Below, piece after piece: positions 12,011 through 27,900 of a DNA stretch of 64,000 nucleotides (positions are counted from its first letter, which is position 1; every line of letters begins with the position of its first letter). The notes under the pieces are model-generated. The model searched no databases and was not told the origin of the DNA. It saw nothing but the letters and a program-made list of their open reading frames with translations. The stretch comes from the human T2T-CHM13v2.0 reference genome, Homo sapiens. The position numbers and the translations under genes were made by a program. The DNA is taken from assembly GCF_009914755.1 (NCBI RefSeq), contig NC_060931.1. One strand, 5' to 3'.

Positions 12011-13155
12011 GGGATAAGCAAATGTCTACTTTCATTTATGCCCACCTGATCCTGTGCTAAGGAGACTCCTTTTTTAAAAAGTCTCTTAAAGATTTTAAAT
12101 TATCAGTTGTTCTGTTGAGACAATTATTAGACATGTTGACAAAGCCACATTGATAACTTTTTGTTTTACATCATCCAAAGCAGTATGTTGTCAAAGCCTT
12201 GAAACTATAGTCTGTCATTACCACCATGCCTTGTTTGGAGAATGTTAATATCTACTAAAAAGTAAAACTGAAAACCTTTTCTTTTTTAAGATTTGCTTGA
12301 GAGATGGAGTAACATGTCGATTGTCTGTGGCAGTGGGGAAATGAAACTGTCACATGAATTACAAAAGCTGCTAAGTTGCCAGCAGGAAAAGCATTGATTC
12401 TTGGTGAGTTCAGACCTGTAATTTCAGATACCTTTGTCATCTTACTGAATGGAAAACTTTGAAAAGAAAATCACTTCTTCCATTCACAACAATACTCATC
12501 ACTGGAGTCTTTGGAAGGACAAGATAAGATGGAAATTTAGTTTTGAAATGCTCTCAGTTGTTGTTAATTTTTATTTCTAATTTAATTTTCATTTTTCCAT
12601 TTTTTGAAATATCGATTCATCAGCTCACTAAGATTCTTAGCAGGACTCAATATGACCACACAGTCCTTTCCAAGTTCCTTTCAATATGCAGCTTATTAAT
12701 AGTGATTCAGTATTGTGTACATCAGTATCTCATAAGCATTCATAAATAAGCATTTATTTCTATTAACAGTTTAAATTCTGGACATATTTTCTTTCTGCTC
12801 TACTGCTGCCCCCTCAAAGAAGATCTGGTTTCTTCATGAAGTAGAAGTCAAGATATTTAGAAACCTTGAAAAATCTTTTTTCTCCATGAACCAAACCAAA
12901 GTGTCCCAAAGTTAATCAAAGGGGACGCTTTTAAGTATCATGAAGGGTGGCTAGTGGGGAAGACAGAAGGAAGAAAGGGATCGTTGACACTATGGCAGAT
13001 AAGGACTGATGGCTCTTGTTTATCAAATCTCTTTATCTGCTCTACCCGCTACATTCATCTGCCCCAAGAACTCTTCCTCCTGCTCATTACCAGGTTTCAA
13101 GAGTCCTGATGACAATCTGAAATGTTCAGGAGTTGCAGATTTGTTGTTCAGGGAT

Positions 13156-13525
13156 TGCGACAGAAAATAGTTATGTGCTCACCATTCCTCTTTCCTTTTC
13201 CTGAACACAGAGGAAGACTATTTCTGAGCTTCCCTCAAAATTAGATTGTGGCCATGTGAGAGGATTCTGGCTAGTGGATTGTGGGAAGAAGTAATATGTT
13301 CACCTTTGAAGTCTGCCATAAAAATCTCCCAAAAAGCCCACACTCTTTTCCTTCTGTGATTACCATGGAGGCCGTGTTTTCAAGATGGCACTATTAAGAG
13401 ACAGAAGCAGCCTAGATTCACCAGACATTTTAACTATTCAACAGAAATGAGGAAAAGACACAATTTGTTTATATGCAAGGCCACTGAAATTTCATAGCAG
13501 GTGGCATTTCTTATTCTGAGTAATA
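13156..13525 (+). mobile_element. MLT1J-like LTR
   Basis: GTGGCCATGTGAGAGGATTCTGGCTAGTGGATTGTGGGAAGAAGTAAT and TCAAGATGGCAC motifs. Confidence 0.65.
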
Positions 13526-15989
13526 AAGAATACTTTTGGAAATTAGAAAATATAATCTAGTATGATCAAAGTATTGAATAATATGGAAAAAGCAATAGAA
13601 AGCCCTACAACTAGGGTACTATCAAATTTCGGGGCCCCAAAATTACAATTTAAAAGTAATCAACACTTACATCTTATGACTTCAACAAACTGTAACCCTT
13701 ACACAGTTAAACTAATATTTAAGATTACTTTCCACAAGGCTGTGGTCACCTTACTATATATCTTTGCTTAGAAACAATGGTAAAGTTGTAACATATGTAT
13801 TGTATAGGTATTATAAAACATTCATATTATACACAAATCCAAATATAATCATAAGTTATATCAAGCAAAATAATAAGTAACGACTTTGAAAGGAATTACT
13901 TAAAAGACCTTGCCTTTTTCTGGTTTATACTAAATAACTATTTTGCAGATTTCATTTATTTAAGCAATGAGATGAAGAAACCAGTTTAATCAAGTGACGA
14001 TTTCTGCTTCACTCAATGTAGAGTGATTGAAGTGGAAATGGCCTGTAGTATTTCCACATCTTAGTTTCAAGACAGACTTTCATGCATTCCTGACATCTCA
14101 CATATTTCCCTCCTAAAAAAAAAATCTGTCTTTCAGCTTTTTGCACATAATTCAAGTGTTTAAGAGCTTGACAATTGAATCAAGTAGCAGGTTAGTACGA
14201 CACATTCATAATTTTGCACTGGTGTTATTGGTTTATGCGTATAGTCTTCTAATGAAGAGGAAAAACAACCTTCCCATAATGTGATATTGGTTCAGTAAGA
14301 AATCCCATTAAGCTGAATAAACATCATTTTTTTTGCCTTTTTGCTTCTGTAAGCTGTAATTACAGTTTTTTAAATTTCCTTCTTAAAAGCTAAGTTTCAA
14401 CACAGAAACAAATGGTTCGTGATTCATTGTTCAAAGCTGCAATGTTTTTGGGATTTCATTTCACAACCTATTTCATGTCTGGGCCACATGAAGGACAGAT
14501 TTTTAAAACCATTGCCTATTTCTTTAACTTTAAAATCTTCAGTGTGTCTATGCACTGGCAAATTGAGTCACTCTCATAGAATGGGAATGAAGTTTTGAAA
14601 ATTAAGTTACTGTGCTAAGAAAGCTTATTTATTGTGCCTCATGCATCTTTTAGGCTGTGTGCTTATAAATGTGTTGTGTGATAGAAATAGCTCAATCTAG
14701 AAAATTGGAATCTTGATCTTTCTGACTCTCCACTAACTTTGTGTGACCTTTAAAAGGTCTTTTATAATAGTTACTAGCATTTGGCTGGTATTTCAAAGGC
14801 CTCAAAATAATTTTTTAATTTATCTTATCTCATTCTCTATATAAACTTTTTAGTCACAATATTAGCCTCTTGCAGATTGATCTGAACCATGTGATTTTAA
14901 AGCAGAGCAGGTATTATTCCAGTTCAAGTAAAATGTGTCACCGTGAAATTATGTAACATATCATGCTCCTGAGCTAGAAGATCTGTCTATAAGCAGGGAA
15001 AATGATACCTATACAACAGTAATATATAAAGTAGTTATAAAGCCAAAGAATTCTATTTTCTTTCATTAAAAGTTGTTACATTCAGTTTTTATATTAAATG
15101 GAGAACAATGGCTAATTTTATAATTTGCTTCTATCAATTTTTAAATCACTTATAATTAACTGTCCCCATAATGCTCTCTGACATAGCCACTCTCTGACTC
15201 TCTACAAGAACAATAATAACCCAATCTCAGGCTTCTTTTTGTATAACATGTATTAAGGCAAGCCATATTTGCCTCACAGTGATCTATGATGATAAATTCA
15301 ACCCTTAGGAAGATTTGATTACCAAAAAGATGAAATCTGGTCATATCTTTCTTAAAGTTAAATTTCATACAAAATCTAGAGAGATACACCTTAACAGATT
15401 CAGACTTGAATGCTTTGGGGTCTGTATGACTGTATTTCTAATGCCTCAAATATACTAGATGCTCAATAAGTATTTGTTGAATGAAATAAGTTACGTTTAT
15501 TCTGTTAGGTTCCAGGGAAATAAACCTTTTGCTTCTCTCATTTGAGCATAGTATAGTGAAACATGGGGGATAAACGCAAATGATTCTGTATCCATGTCTT
15601 TCCTTCAATATTTTGCTTTTAAATCCCTGTCAGTGAAGATGTTAATAGATAAAGCTTAGTCTCCCTTGCCATGACTTTGATATTTATTAATATTCCAAAG
15701 CTGAAATTCTTTACATCCCAATGAAATGAAGTGACATCAATGGGAAAGGTAGACATTAATCAGTTTTTGCTGGTTTGCAAAAATGATAATTATTTATTTG
15801 AAAATAAACAAAATATTAAAACCTGGAACATTTGCTTGTTACTTCTCTCCTGTGATTGGAAAATAAATTCATTTGAGTTTCCTCTCCTTTTTTCATTTCC
15901 TTCTTCTTAGTGAAACTCCTAAACCAATAGCAAGTAAAAACTAATGAAGGGATAAGAGAAAAGTGTTAGAAATAATCTGAGTTTAGAGA

Positions 15990-16196
15990 TTAACAGAATA
16001 GTCTCTAAAACTCTGGGTTTGAAAGCTGGCTTTGCCTGTGAAGAGCTGTAAGATCCTGAGAAAATTATTTTTTTTTCTGTAAGCCTGAATTTCATTATTG
16101 TATAAAAAAGATAATAGTGTACAACTCATAGGATTAAATGACTTAGAAAAAATGCCCTTAGACTAGCAAGAATAAATAATAGCTATCACTATTATT
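15990..16196 (+). mobile_element. MIR
   Basis: Degenerate core CTGTAAGCCTGAATTTCATTATTGTATAAAAAAGATAATAGTG...AGGATTAAATGA. Confidence 0.55.
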
Positions 16197-17389
16197 GAAT
16201 TACAAAAAAAGACTTTAGATTAATTCCAAATGCTAACGAACTAAAATGAACTCAGTACCATCTGTGCGTTGAGATGACTCCTACTTGGGTCTGTTTTACT
16301 CAAATACTCAAGCAGTAGCAGAGTAATGAGCCTAAAGTAGAAAGATTTAGAGTTCTGCACAAACTATAGAATCACTACTTATTAAGACAGCAGAGGAGGT
16401 CATTCAACAGTCTGTGGAAGAAGAGCAAGAGTATCTTAACCACCTATTCGGCAATTAATGTTTCTATATGAATGTCAATCTGAGGGGAAATAGTACCTGC
16501 TGTTCTCATGGCTGGAGAGCAAGGGGAACAGCAGGACATTGAGCTAGCAATAGGAGGTCATTCTCCTTTAAATTCAGATGATACATTACAGTTTATTGAT
16601 TGGCAAAAGCAGATTCTTTCCATCTCAAATAAAATGAGAAATTGAGCCAAAATGTCTGTATGTAAACTTCTTGAGACTCACACAATTTGTCTAATCAATT
16701 CCAACTCATAAGAGACCGAATTATTTTGTGTCTTGTATCTTTTATTATGTCTGAAGAATAAAGTTCCTTTTTTTAGAAAATAGTTTTACCTTTTTTGTTA
16801 TCAATAATATCTCTAAAATGCTTTATTTAATATACCCTTATCCTTTACAAGGTGTGCTTTTTGATGGTTTTATACTTGAAATAATACCTAAATATCTGAA
16901 GAACAATTCCAAGTGGATTAGTGATAATCCTTGCAGATAATCTTTAACAATGGTATGACTTCAACAGTTTTAATTTTCATTCAGGCTTTGGCTATGTCTA
17001 TGTTGACTTGGACATTTGCTTTTTGTTGTTCTGTTTATTAGTGTTGTTAGCCAACAAGTGAACTCCCTTCCTGAGTTTGGGGACTCGCAAATTGATAATT
17101 TCAGGTATCTACTTTCTCAGTATCTCCGCAGCTTATAGCTTCAGCTCAGCTAAATGGAATGGATAGTGAAATACTAATATAAACTATATAGTTATTTTAT
17201 AAGATCATGAAGGATATTTGATGTAATCTAGACATTTCCTTAACAAGATAATATATGTAACATAATATGTATAAATATTATTTGGTATGTGTCTATATGT
17301 TTCTACATATTTTGAGTCAAAACCAAAAATCTTGATGAAATAATAGAAAAATTTCCATTATAGACAAGAATAAAAGTGCTTGTACACTG

Positions 17390-19030
17390 TGCCTGATATT
17401 ACTAAGCAGTGCTTGGGAAAAATGTATAGCTGTGATACAGACGTAAAAATGTTCTATGTTAAAATACAAAAGTTTTCTCAAACTAATGATCTAAACTTTC
17501 ATTTTAAGAAACTAAAAAAAAAGAGCAAACTAAATTCAAAGTAAATAATGGAAATAATAAAGGTCAGAGTGAAAATAAATGAAACAGAAATGAGAAAAAC
17601 AATAGAGAATATCGATGAAACCAAAAGTTAGTTCTCTGAAAAGATCAACAAAATTGACAAAACTTTAGCTGGACTGAACAAGAAAAAAGGAAGAAAGATT
17701 TAAATTACCCAAATCAGGAATCAAATAGAGGACACCACCACTGACCTTATAGAAACAAAAAAGTATTATAGAAGATAAAATGAACAATCATATGCCAACA
17801 ATTTGTATAACTAGGATGAAATGGAAAAATTCCCAGAAAAAAAAAGATGAAAAGAAAAACATCAAGAAAAACAAGCCTGTGAAACACGATGGAAGAAGAA
17901 ATACAAAATCTGAATAGACCTGTAAGTAAAGTGATTGAATTAATACATTTAAAACTTTACACAAAGAAAAGCCTTTACTTGTGAATCTATCAAACATTTA
18001 AAGAATCAATACTATTCCTGAAAAAATAGAAGATGAGGGAAAACATTCCAACTTATTTTATGAGGTCAAATATCACCCTAATAGCAAAAGCAGAAAAAAG
18101 TCAGTGTAAAAAGGAAAACTGCAGAATGACATCTGTTATAAATCTTAGGACAAAAATCGTTAACAAAATGCTAGCAAACTAAATCCAACAACATGTAAAA
18201 AGGATTACACACCATGTCCAAGTGTGACTTACAAATAAAAATCAATTAATATACCATATTAATAGCATAAAAGACAAAAACTATAAAAGAATTAGCTGAA
18301 AAGATGTAGAAAAAGCATTCAGGAAAATGCACCACTTTCATGATAAAATCACTCAATAAACTATGAAAAGATGAAGTATGGGGAGTTACTTTTAATGAGC
18401 ACTGTGTTTCTTTTTAGCAAGATAAAAATGTTCAAAATTAGGCTGCAGGATGGTTGCACAACTCTGAATATGCTTTAAAAAAATCAAACTGTATACTTAA
18501 AATGAGTGAAGTTTATGGTATATAAATTATATCTCAATAAAGTTGTTAAAAATAATTGACTTTCCTATTTCTAAATAGTAATTATTTAATAAACACAATG
18601 TAAGTAAAGATTTCCATATTCAAAAAAGATGTAAGAATAAACAACAAAAATGGACAAAATCTGTATGAAGAAATCTCTATGACAGAAAGTAGATTAATGT
18701 TTGACTACAGCAGGGGGTAATTTTTACAAAAAGGCACAAGGTTTTTTTTTTTTTAAGGTGATGAAAATGATCTAAAGTCAAATTGTAGAAGTACACAGCA
18801 TGTAAATTTATTAAAAATCATTATATACATAAAACAAGTGGATTTTGGTATGTAAATTATAACTCAATAAACTTGAAAAAAGGTATTAAAGTCGAAGAAG
18901 TATGCTTTCCTAAGTATGACACGAACACCAGAAGTCATTTTTAAAAGCTATAAACTTAACTACACAATAAAAAAAAAGTTTGTCAAAATAATTCCGCAGT
19001 GTCAAAAGATGAACCACAAACTGAAAAAGA
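17390..19030 (+). mobile_element. Old L1M ORF2 fragment plus two L1MB/ME 3' ends
   Basis: GAAAAGATCAACAAAATTGACAAA (ORF2 KIDK region); 3' ends TAAATTATATCTCAATAAAG (~18540) and TAAATTATAACTCAATAAA (~18870). Confidence 0.85.
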
Positions 19031-19147
19031 GGTTTTACAATGTTGTCTCAGTTAGGATTAAATGCAAGAAACAGAAACTACTTGAGGACTGTTAAGAAGA
19101 AAGTGAATTTTCAAGATGACATCAACCTAACCGAAAGCAAATATCTA

Positions 19148-19513
19148 CAGACAATCCCCGAGTTATGAGGGTTCTACTTACTTTTTTTTTTTTTAGTTTA
19201 AGAGCTTGCAAAAGTAATATGCATTTAGTAGAAACCGTACTTCTAGTATTGAAACAACCATTCTGTTTTTCACTTTTAGTACAGTATTCAATAAATTACA
19301 GGAGATATTCAACACTATTGTAAAACAGACTTTGTGTTAGATGGTTTTGCCTAATGGTAGGCAAATGTAAATGTTCCAAGCACATTTAAGGTAAGCTAGT
19401 AGGCTAGGCTAAGTTGTGATGTTCAGTAGGTTAGGTGTGTTAAGTGTATTTATGACATAATATTTTTAACTGACAATGGGTGTAATAAAGCCCCGTAAGT
19501 CAAGGAGTATCTG
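19148..19513 (-). mobile_element. MER47A (TcMar-Tigger MITE)
   Basis: CAG...CTG termini flanked by TA on both sides; internal TAGGCTAGGCTAAG and AGTACAGTATTCAATAAATTACA. Confidence 0.88.
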
Positions 19514-19689
19514 TACTTCACAAGGGGAAGTAGTGGAATTTATTGATCTGGGGCATGGGGTACTAGAAAAGCAACCACAGTATGAATTTAATACAGGTGG
19601 TGTATTTATTTTTCAGTTTTGGAAAGTTATGTAGTCACCTTCCTCCTTTCCAGCCTAGACCAGAATACTAGGTCAAAGACTAGAGGAGA

Positions 19690-20720
19690 GGGTTATATCA
19701 CTTGGAAAACGGTAATTGTCAGAGTATCACAAGACATAACACTAGTATTCAATGATAAGTTATGTCTATATAATGAACATATATTGTAACATAGAACAAT
19801 CACTAGAAAATCATAAGAGGTATATTCAAAGACACTATAATCAAAAGGGAACTTTAAAAAATGTTTTCAATGTATTAGGAACAAAATAATGAAAAACAAA
19901 ACAAACAAAAAAATAAAATTTAAATGGCAAATTTGACCTCTAATATATAAATAATTACATGATATTTAGATTGTCTAAATATACTAATCAAAAGACAGAG
20001 ATGGTCAAAGTGGACTACCTTCATTGCTGGTGGGAATGCAAAATGATACAACTACTCTGGAAAATAGTTTAGTGGTTTTTTGTTTGTTTGTTTTTGTTTT
20101 TTTTGTTTGTTTGTTAAGATCCAGCAAATGAACTTCTGGGCATTTTCCCAGAAACATGATTATTTATGCCCACAAAAATAACTGTATGTAAATGTTTATA
20201 GCACCTTTATTTGTAATAGTCAAAAACTGGAAACCATGCTGGAAACCATTCAGATATCCTTCCTTGGGTGTAAGGTTAACAACCTGTGGTACATCCATCA
20301 CATTGAATACTACTCTCAATAAAAAGGAATAAACTGTTGATACATTCAAAAACCTGGATGAATATTGGGAAGAATATGCGGAGTAAAAACAGCCAGTCTC
20401 AAACGGTCGCAAAAAACCAAGGCATAATTCCACATATATAGAACATTTGTGAAATGACAAAATTATAAAATGGAAGACACATTTTTTTTCCATTATTTAA
20501 GAAGGAATGGGGTCGTGTCTATAAAAGGTCAGCATGAGGGATCCTTGTGGTGATGGAAATGTTGTATATCTTGAATATATTAATGTTAATATCCTGGTTG
20601 TAATACCATATCAGTTTTTCAAAATGTTACCACTGAGGAAGACTGGCTTAAGGGAAGACTGATCTCTCTGTACTATTTCTTACAACTATATGCTTATCTC
20701 AATCGCAAAATAAAAATTGT
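19690..20720 (+). mobile_element. L1MD-like fragments (ORF2 start fused to 3' end)
   Basis: ATACTAATCAAAAGACAGAGATGG (endonuclease start) then CAGCATGAGGGATCCTTGTGGTGATGGAAATGTT L1MD 3' UTR. Confidence 0.75.
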
Positions 20721-21240
20721 AATTAATCAATGTGTGTGCTGGATTCCATTATTTCTGTTTAAAAGTTACACTATCTTATACATTGAGCTTTTTTTAATGT
20801 AGTAAGTAAACAGTTTTTCTTGCCCAGTTTTTCTTGCCCAGTTTTTTCTTGACTCAGTATGTCAAAAAAAAAAAGGCTGAGAGCAAACATATGACTGTTT
20901 TGTAGTAAGTACTCTGGAAAATGTCTGAATGATAAGTGTGGATACACATGAGGAATTAAATTACATTTTCCAGACTAACAAAAATATAATCTTGGGCTTG
21001 AATGATAAATTCACTGGCCAGAGAAAGAATAAGAGACAGGCTAGCTTAAGCAATGGGAGTTGGCATGTGTCAAGTTTCCTGGGATCTTCAAGGGTTCCCT
21101 AAAAGACTATGGGCAAGATACTGAGTGGGTTTCTAGAAATGATTGAAAAAATAAAAAAAAAACAGGGCAAGAACCCAAAATAATATGAGTCACAATGTGA
21201 ATATAAAAATGGCCTTAATAAGGAAGATCCTATTTTTAAA

Positions 21241-21375
21241 AGGGAAGAAAGAAAGAGAGAAAAGAAAGAAAGAGAGAGAGAGAGAGAAAGAAAGAGAGAG
21301 AGAGAAAGAAAGAGAGAGAAAGGAAGGAAGAAAGAGAAAAAGAAAGAAAGAAAAAAGAAAGAGAGAAAGAAAGAG
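21241..21375. repeat. GA-rich simple repeat (GAAA/GAGA)
   Basis: Pure purine tract of ~135 bp. Confidence 0.95.
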
Positions 21376-22704
21376 TAGAAGTGACTAAGTAGTAAATGAA
21401 ACAGAACTAGAACTGGAATTTAGATTTTCTTAATGCTACTAATAAAGCCTATTTTCAATTTTTCTTTTAAGTATTTTTCTCCAAAAAATCTACTTTTAAT
21501 GTAATTTACTCAGGTGTAACGCATTTCCAAATTTTCTTCCATGCTTTTCAATTTTTTTTTTTGGTCATTACCTTTCCATCCTCAATTCTGCCACTCTTCT
21601 CCAGGCCAGGTGACCTACTTCTATGACTCCTACTTCCATGAAATAACTGTCAATCCCTTCTTGATGGTATATTCTGTTTGAGTTGTCTGAAAGCACTATG
21701 CCTTCAGATCTCCCAAAGTGGCAAAGATAAGTGTTCTTTTCAAGTGATGACCTTGTGAATTCCTGCCTGGCTAGATTCTTGACCCAGTGTCTTTCAAAAT
21801 AAAACTTATTCTGTGTTGAAATTTTTAAAAGCATAATTATCACTTATTTATTGGAATCTAATCTTAGAATTAAATCACTTCTGTTTGGGGGTGGTGAGTT
21901 TTGCTAAACTGAATGAGCTATGATTAGACCTATGAAATACAAATCCTACCTATACATAGAATTAAGAAGTATGGTTGAAATTATTTTTGAAAATACAATC
22001 TGCAAAATTACTTCAGTCTTCAGCTAATATTTCAAGTCCATTTTGAGTTAGATTAATTAACTTAAATTTAAATAAAAATGCATCCAGAGCTGCTGTGCAA
22101 GTAGCCGAAATGCATGAATATTTTTTAAAAATGTAATTAAGAAAGCAAAATACAGGATTTGGTGAGGAATGAAAATACCCATATTCCTAAAGTTGTAAGG
22201 ATGAATAAATTGAATAATTACTTTCTAGTATTACATGAATCTTGGGTATTTTCAAGAGACCAACCATTTGGCAATCCATAAATTTTCTAGCATCAACGAT
22301 GCTCAATATTTCCCCCAAAATAGTTCATGACTCATTACAATTTGTTACTATGATCACCAATGACGGGGGAAAAGGGTTAGGAAGTTAATAACCTGTCCAA
22401 ATAATAACAATTAGATTATCCTCCTGTGTTGCTAAATCACACTGCATGGTGGTATGTTAGATCCAACTAATACAATAAATGAATCACTTGCCATCTAATG
22501 CAACTATGCCAAAGAGGTCACTTGAAATTTGTCAGTTTTCAAACACTAAATTCAGTTTTTCTTGTAAGTTCCTGAGGAAATTAGCAAAGGACAAAATTGT
22601 ATTTTTGGTTTCTTCCCCTTCTACACTGATTGCACCTTCTGGTTTTTTCTTTGTTGGCCCTTCTTTGTGTGAGCTTCCTTATCAGTAGCCCTTACCCCAC
22701 ACTA

Positions 22705-22929
<225 letters not shown>

Positions 22930-24989
22930 TCCAATTTTTTTTGTTAATTTAGCCTAATTTATCAGAGTAGCAGAATGTGCCTTAGGCATTAAAATGAACC
23001 TGGTTTATGGAATATAATGCTGAAAGCAATAACATGATTTAATTATTCCAATTCTAGTTCTATGTCATCTCTGCTAATTAACTCAAATCAGAGGGGCTAA
23101 GTTAATGTAAAACAAACAAAATATAAATATACATATCCCTTACCTCCATCTCCAAAATAGAAGGAAATAATATTTCTAACTTCTTCAAGATTCCATAACA
23201 TTCCACAGATATTCACATAATTTTCTTCTATTATGTGTAAGAAAAGAGTAATTATTCCTATATAATATATGCTTCTACTAAATCACTGCAACTTAGATTC
23301 TGCACATAAAACAGCCTATTCTTTCAACCTTATTACTCTCTAAGTATGTTCAATAGATCAGAATCTATCTTCAGAAGAACCATTCAATTAACAGTCTCAC
23401 AAAAAGGATGAAAGCCAAAGAAAATTTGCAGCAATCATTATTGTAAATTACTGAGAGAAGGAGTTTAGAGGTTAGGAGAGGGGACTGTATATTGAGATAT
23501 TAGTCTTTATCGAGCCACTATTGAATTTGTACATCAGTTAACCTCTTCAAAATCCAGTTTTCGCCTCTATAATGAAGAGAATAGATTGCATATTTCCTCT
23601 AAAGTCTTGCTTTCCATCAAAAGAATCCATCTCTAATGCTGAACTTGAAAAAGCTGACCAGAAGAATATGTCCAGTTGGTATCTTCATTTAGCAGCAACT
23701 TTATTTTACTGTTGTTGAGATCCTCTATCATATTCTTAAAGGGAAGATCTTTGAAAGAATTAGAATGTTTTTCCCTCCAAACTCAAATAAACATCTGCAA
23801 AGCCATCTATTCTCAGCAGATAACAACAAACATACAGTATTTTTAAAATTAAACTTTGGGTATGTTGGCCACCTGTGACTTTGATTCACATTCTGTATAT
23901 TTGCAGCAGCTGACTTGAGTTATAACCAAAATCTGAATATGAGCAATAGCCAGAAAAGGCAGGTTTGTCAGTCTATGTCCAATGTCACCATTGTATGCAT
24001 TTTCAAATCAAACCCAGTAATGCCAATGCTGCTCTTCTGAATCTCAATAGAGTCTTGTCAGAATCTAGACAAGAGTCCCTGATTTGTGCTCCATATGTAC
24101 CAGTACCAAATAGGGCGAACTTTAAGTAAGTATGGAAATGTTTTCCATATCTTTTCTGAATAGCAAGAGAAAATAGAGCAAACACAGTAACTGACAACGT
24201 GCTATGTATAAAGGAATTCTTTTTCGGGGAAGAATGCTTCATAGTTGGTACTATATGCTTCATAATGCATCACTTCAGGAGGCAAACAATGTCTCATTTT
24301 AGTGATATGAAGACTGATCAAAGAGTTCATCTCAAGACAGCATGATAATTCCATTAAATTTTTCATCAATTTTATATGAAGTGTTACTTTTCATTTAAAT
24401 CATAATCAATTATTTTATTTATTGCCAAATGGCATTTTTATAATTCCATCATTCTTTTCATATTTACCAACTGGAAGCCTTCGATAAAGAGCATTTCTCA
24501 TCAGTTAGACTGTCTATTTACCCTTAATTGCAGTTTATATAGGAAAAGAACAGGAAATTCTTAATTTGTTCTTTCTAACCACCAATTTTGAGGGCAAAAT
24601 ATTGATGTCCAAATTACCTCTATAGTACTCAAAGTGTTGATGTTTATTATTGCTACGTATTGTTGTTTATGATTTCAGCACCTTTAATATTGTTATGAAT
24701 TCATGGTCAATCATAAAAAACTTCTATAAATTATATTTACTATTTTTTCTCCCATACATTGCCCCATCTTCGGCCAATTAATACAATGTGTTGAAACACA
24801 TTGAAAAGTATCTTTAAAGTCACTCAAAATCATTTTTTTCTGTGAAATAATGCTACCAACCTGATGTACAATTAGCTTCATTTACTTCTGTTTCAATTTT
24901 TAGTTATTTATTTTTATTAATTTGATTTAATGTTATTTTTTAAAAATAAAACATCTAAATTTTCAGAATCAGATATATATATATATATA

Positions 24990-27900
24990 AAACAAGGTAT
25001 AATCAGAGAAGTCTCATTTGCATTCCTTTCCCTCCTTCCCATTTCTTACAAAAGTAGAGCAAATGATATAAACTCTTCTGACATTTTATTTGTTCAGATA
25101 ACAAGAAATCCTGGAGATCACTCATGTCAATATATAGAAATCTTTTTTATTCTTTGATGCCTGCTTAGTATTTTATTGAATGGATGTAGCATAGATTATT
25201 CACCAGTCCTTAATTCAAGAACATTTGAGGTTAACCTTTTGCATTTATACATATGCTACAAATAATAACTTGTGCTTAAGTCATTCTGGCCAATTTTTGT
25301 CAATTTTTTGAAAACAATTTCTAAAAATTAGATTAATTAATCAAAGGGTAAATACATCTACAATTTTACTGAATACTGCCAAAGCATTGTCCATTAAGGG
25401 CTGTAGCATGTTGAAACCCCATCAGCAATATATGATAGTTTCTGCTTCCACCTGTCCTCCTGAACAGATTTACGTGGCTTTTTTATTTTTGTAAATCTAA
25501 TGGGTGACAATTAATATCTCATTACAGCTTAAATTCTTATTTACTTTATTATGTATTAATCTGGGCACTTTTTCATAAGCCCAATAATCTTCTTTTAAGA
25601 AACAAATATTTCTTATTGTATGCTCTATTTACATCTTTTCCCCTTTCCTTAGGGAGTTGGTCTTTTCCCTTTTGATTTACAGGAGTTCTTTGTACATGAC
25701 ATTAATGGAAATGTCTTTAGTAATTCTTTAATTTATCCTTTGTTTATAGAGATTTTCTGTGTTTTATTTTGTGTTTTTTAAAATAAAAATCTATTAATCG
25801 TTTCTCTCATTATTCTTTATGTTGCCATGATTAGAAAATATTTCCCACACCCAAGTTACAAAGGAATTCATCCATATTTTCTTCTAGTTATATGTGACAT
25901 TCATTTTATTATGTTGACATCTGTGGTCTTTATTGTAGAATTTATCCTAGTATGGAAGTGAGATATGAAGATGTTTTTATCTTTCTCAAATGACTAACCA
26001 GTTACACCAGCATTGATTACAGTCAATCCCAGTTTTCATGGATTCAGTATGTATGGATTTAAGTTTACACAGTTTAGTTAACACTGTCCCCCAATAACAT
26101 GGCTAAAGTTTCCGTTAACACAGTATATTAGCTGTAATTACATAAAGTACAAGCTTTGCTGCTAGCTTACAAGCTACTATATAAATAATAGAAGTACATC
26201 AAGAGATGCACATCTTGATCAGTGACAAATCACACTACTTCTTTCAAAGGCTGTCAATAATTGGTCACTGTACATCTATTATTAGGTTCAAATACAACAG
26301 CAAAATGTATAGTTGTGCTACCCTCATGTCTTCTTCTATTGATAAGTCCTGGTGATATTTTACAAAAATGGATAATTGAGAAAGAATTGGCCAACAAGGA
26401 TGAAAATGAGATAGAAAAGTGAAAATGCTGTAAGTAAATTTGAATCAAACATAAATGGAGTTATAGAAGAAATAGCTGACTGTGGGAATGGTGACATTTC
26501 TGTCAGTTGAGAGATTTCACATACACAGCCAAAGGTATTTGATGACATAAATGACTAATATCATTGTGATGAAAAGTATGAAAATGTACCAAAAGAACTG
26601 ATGCCAGAAAAGGAAAATCACATTAGAACTCTCAGCGATATTTTGTAAGTTATATGCCAATAAGAAGAAGCTTAACACTGTTAAAAACTACTCTTGATAA
26701 ATGTTTATAAAGAAATTCAACTTTCTCAATGTTTCTAATGTCTTAAGTTAGTGTACTAAATAAATATTGCTTTTACTATTTTTTATTCCTTGGTACACTT
26801 ATAACCCACATTAAGAGAATTTTTAATGCTTTGAGAAAAATACTTTTAAAAACCATGCAAAAATTATCCTTTTCCCACTGACTACTAAGATTGCTTTGTT
26901 TGATGTTAGCTTCAACAGTCGTTTTTAATGTTCCCTACTACCGTGCAAAGTGAAAGCTGCTTGTATCAAAAATTCCATCTTTTCCCCAGGGATTTGCAAT
27001 GCCTGTTTATATAACATACTACATTTCTGCATGTATTTGAATATGTCGTTTGAATTCCTATTCTATTCCATTGTTCTGTTTCCTCACGCATCAACACATA
27101 TTTTAAATTATAAAAGCAAGCTCACTGACATTGTTTTTTTTCTTTTTCAAAGTTTCTATGGCTATTCTTCACAAATAATCTTGTTTCATAATATAAAGAC
27201 ATTTTTACTTCTTCCTTTTCAATCTTTCTGCTTTTTATTTTTTTCTCCTTGTCTTGTTATAATGGCTGTGAATTCCGGGATAGTATTAAATAGAGGATGA
27301 GAGTAAGCATCCTTGCCTTGTTCCTAATATTAAATAAAAAGTCTTCAATATTTCAGTATTAGGTATGATGTTAACTATAGAACCCTCTTCCCCACTGCCC
27401 ATGCTTGTTCTTTATTACATTAAAAAGTTTCCATCTTTACTTAGTTTGGTGAGAATTTTTATTATGAACTGTTGTTACTGCATGAATTGCTGTTATCATG
27501 GCTATTATTGCTTGCTTGTTTTGCTATATCAATTTAATAATCATTTCTAGTTTAAAACATTTCCAGAATTCTGTTAGAATTATGTTAATTTATAAATTAG
27601 CAGTAAATGCATATATTTATGATGTTGAATCTTTAGTTGGAAACATGATAATTTAATCTTTTTAAAGTACAGTGTGTAATTCTCAGTAATGTTTTAAAGT
27701 TAAGGCTTTTTAAAGGTATTGTTATGTTAAGGCTTTAACCAGGTTTTTAACTATTTTTCTTTTTTAACTATTTTTGCTTGCTATTATAAATGAGACTTTT
27801 CTCGTATTTCTAACAGGCTATTGCTTGTATACATAAAGACTAATAATTTCTAACTGCTAATTTTATAACCTTCTCCTTCACTAAGTTCCCATAGATAAAA

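Noticed and set aside
21185-21388. Highly charged K/E/R ORF
   Set aside because: Translation of the GA simple repeat
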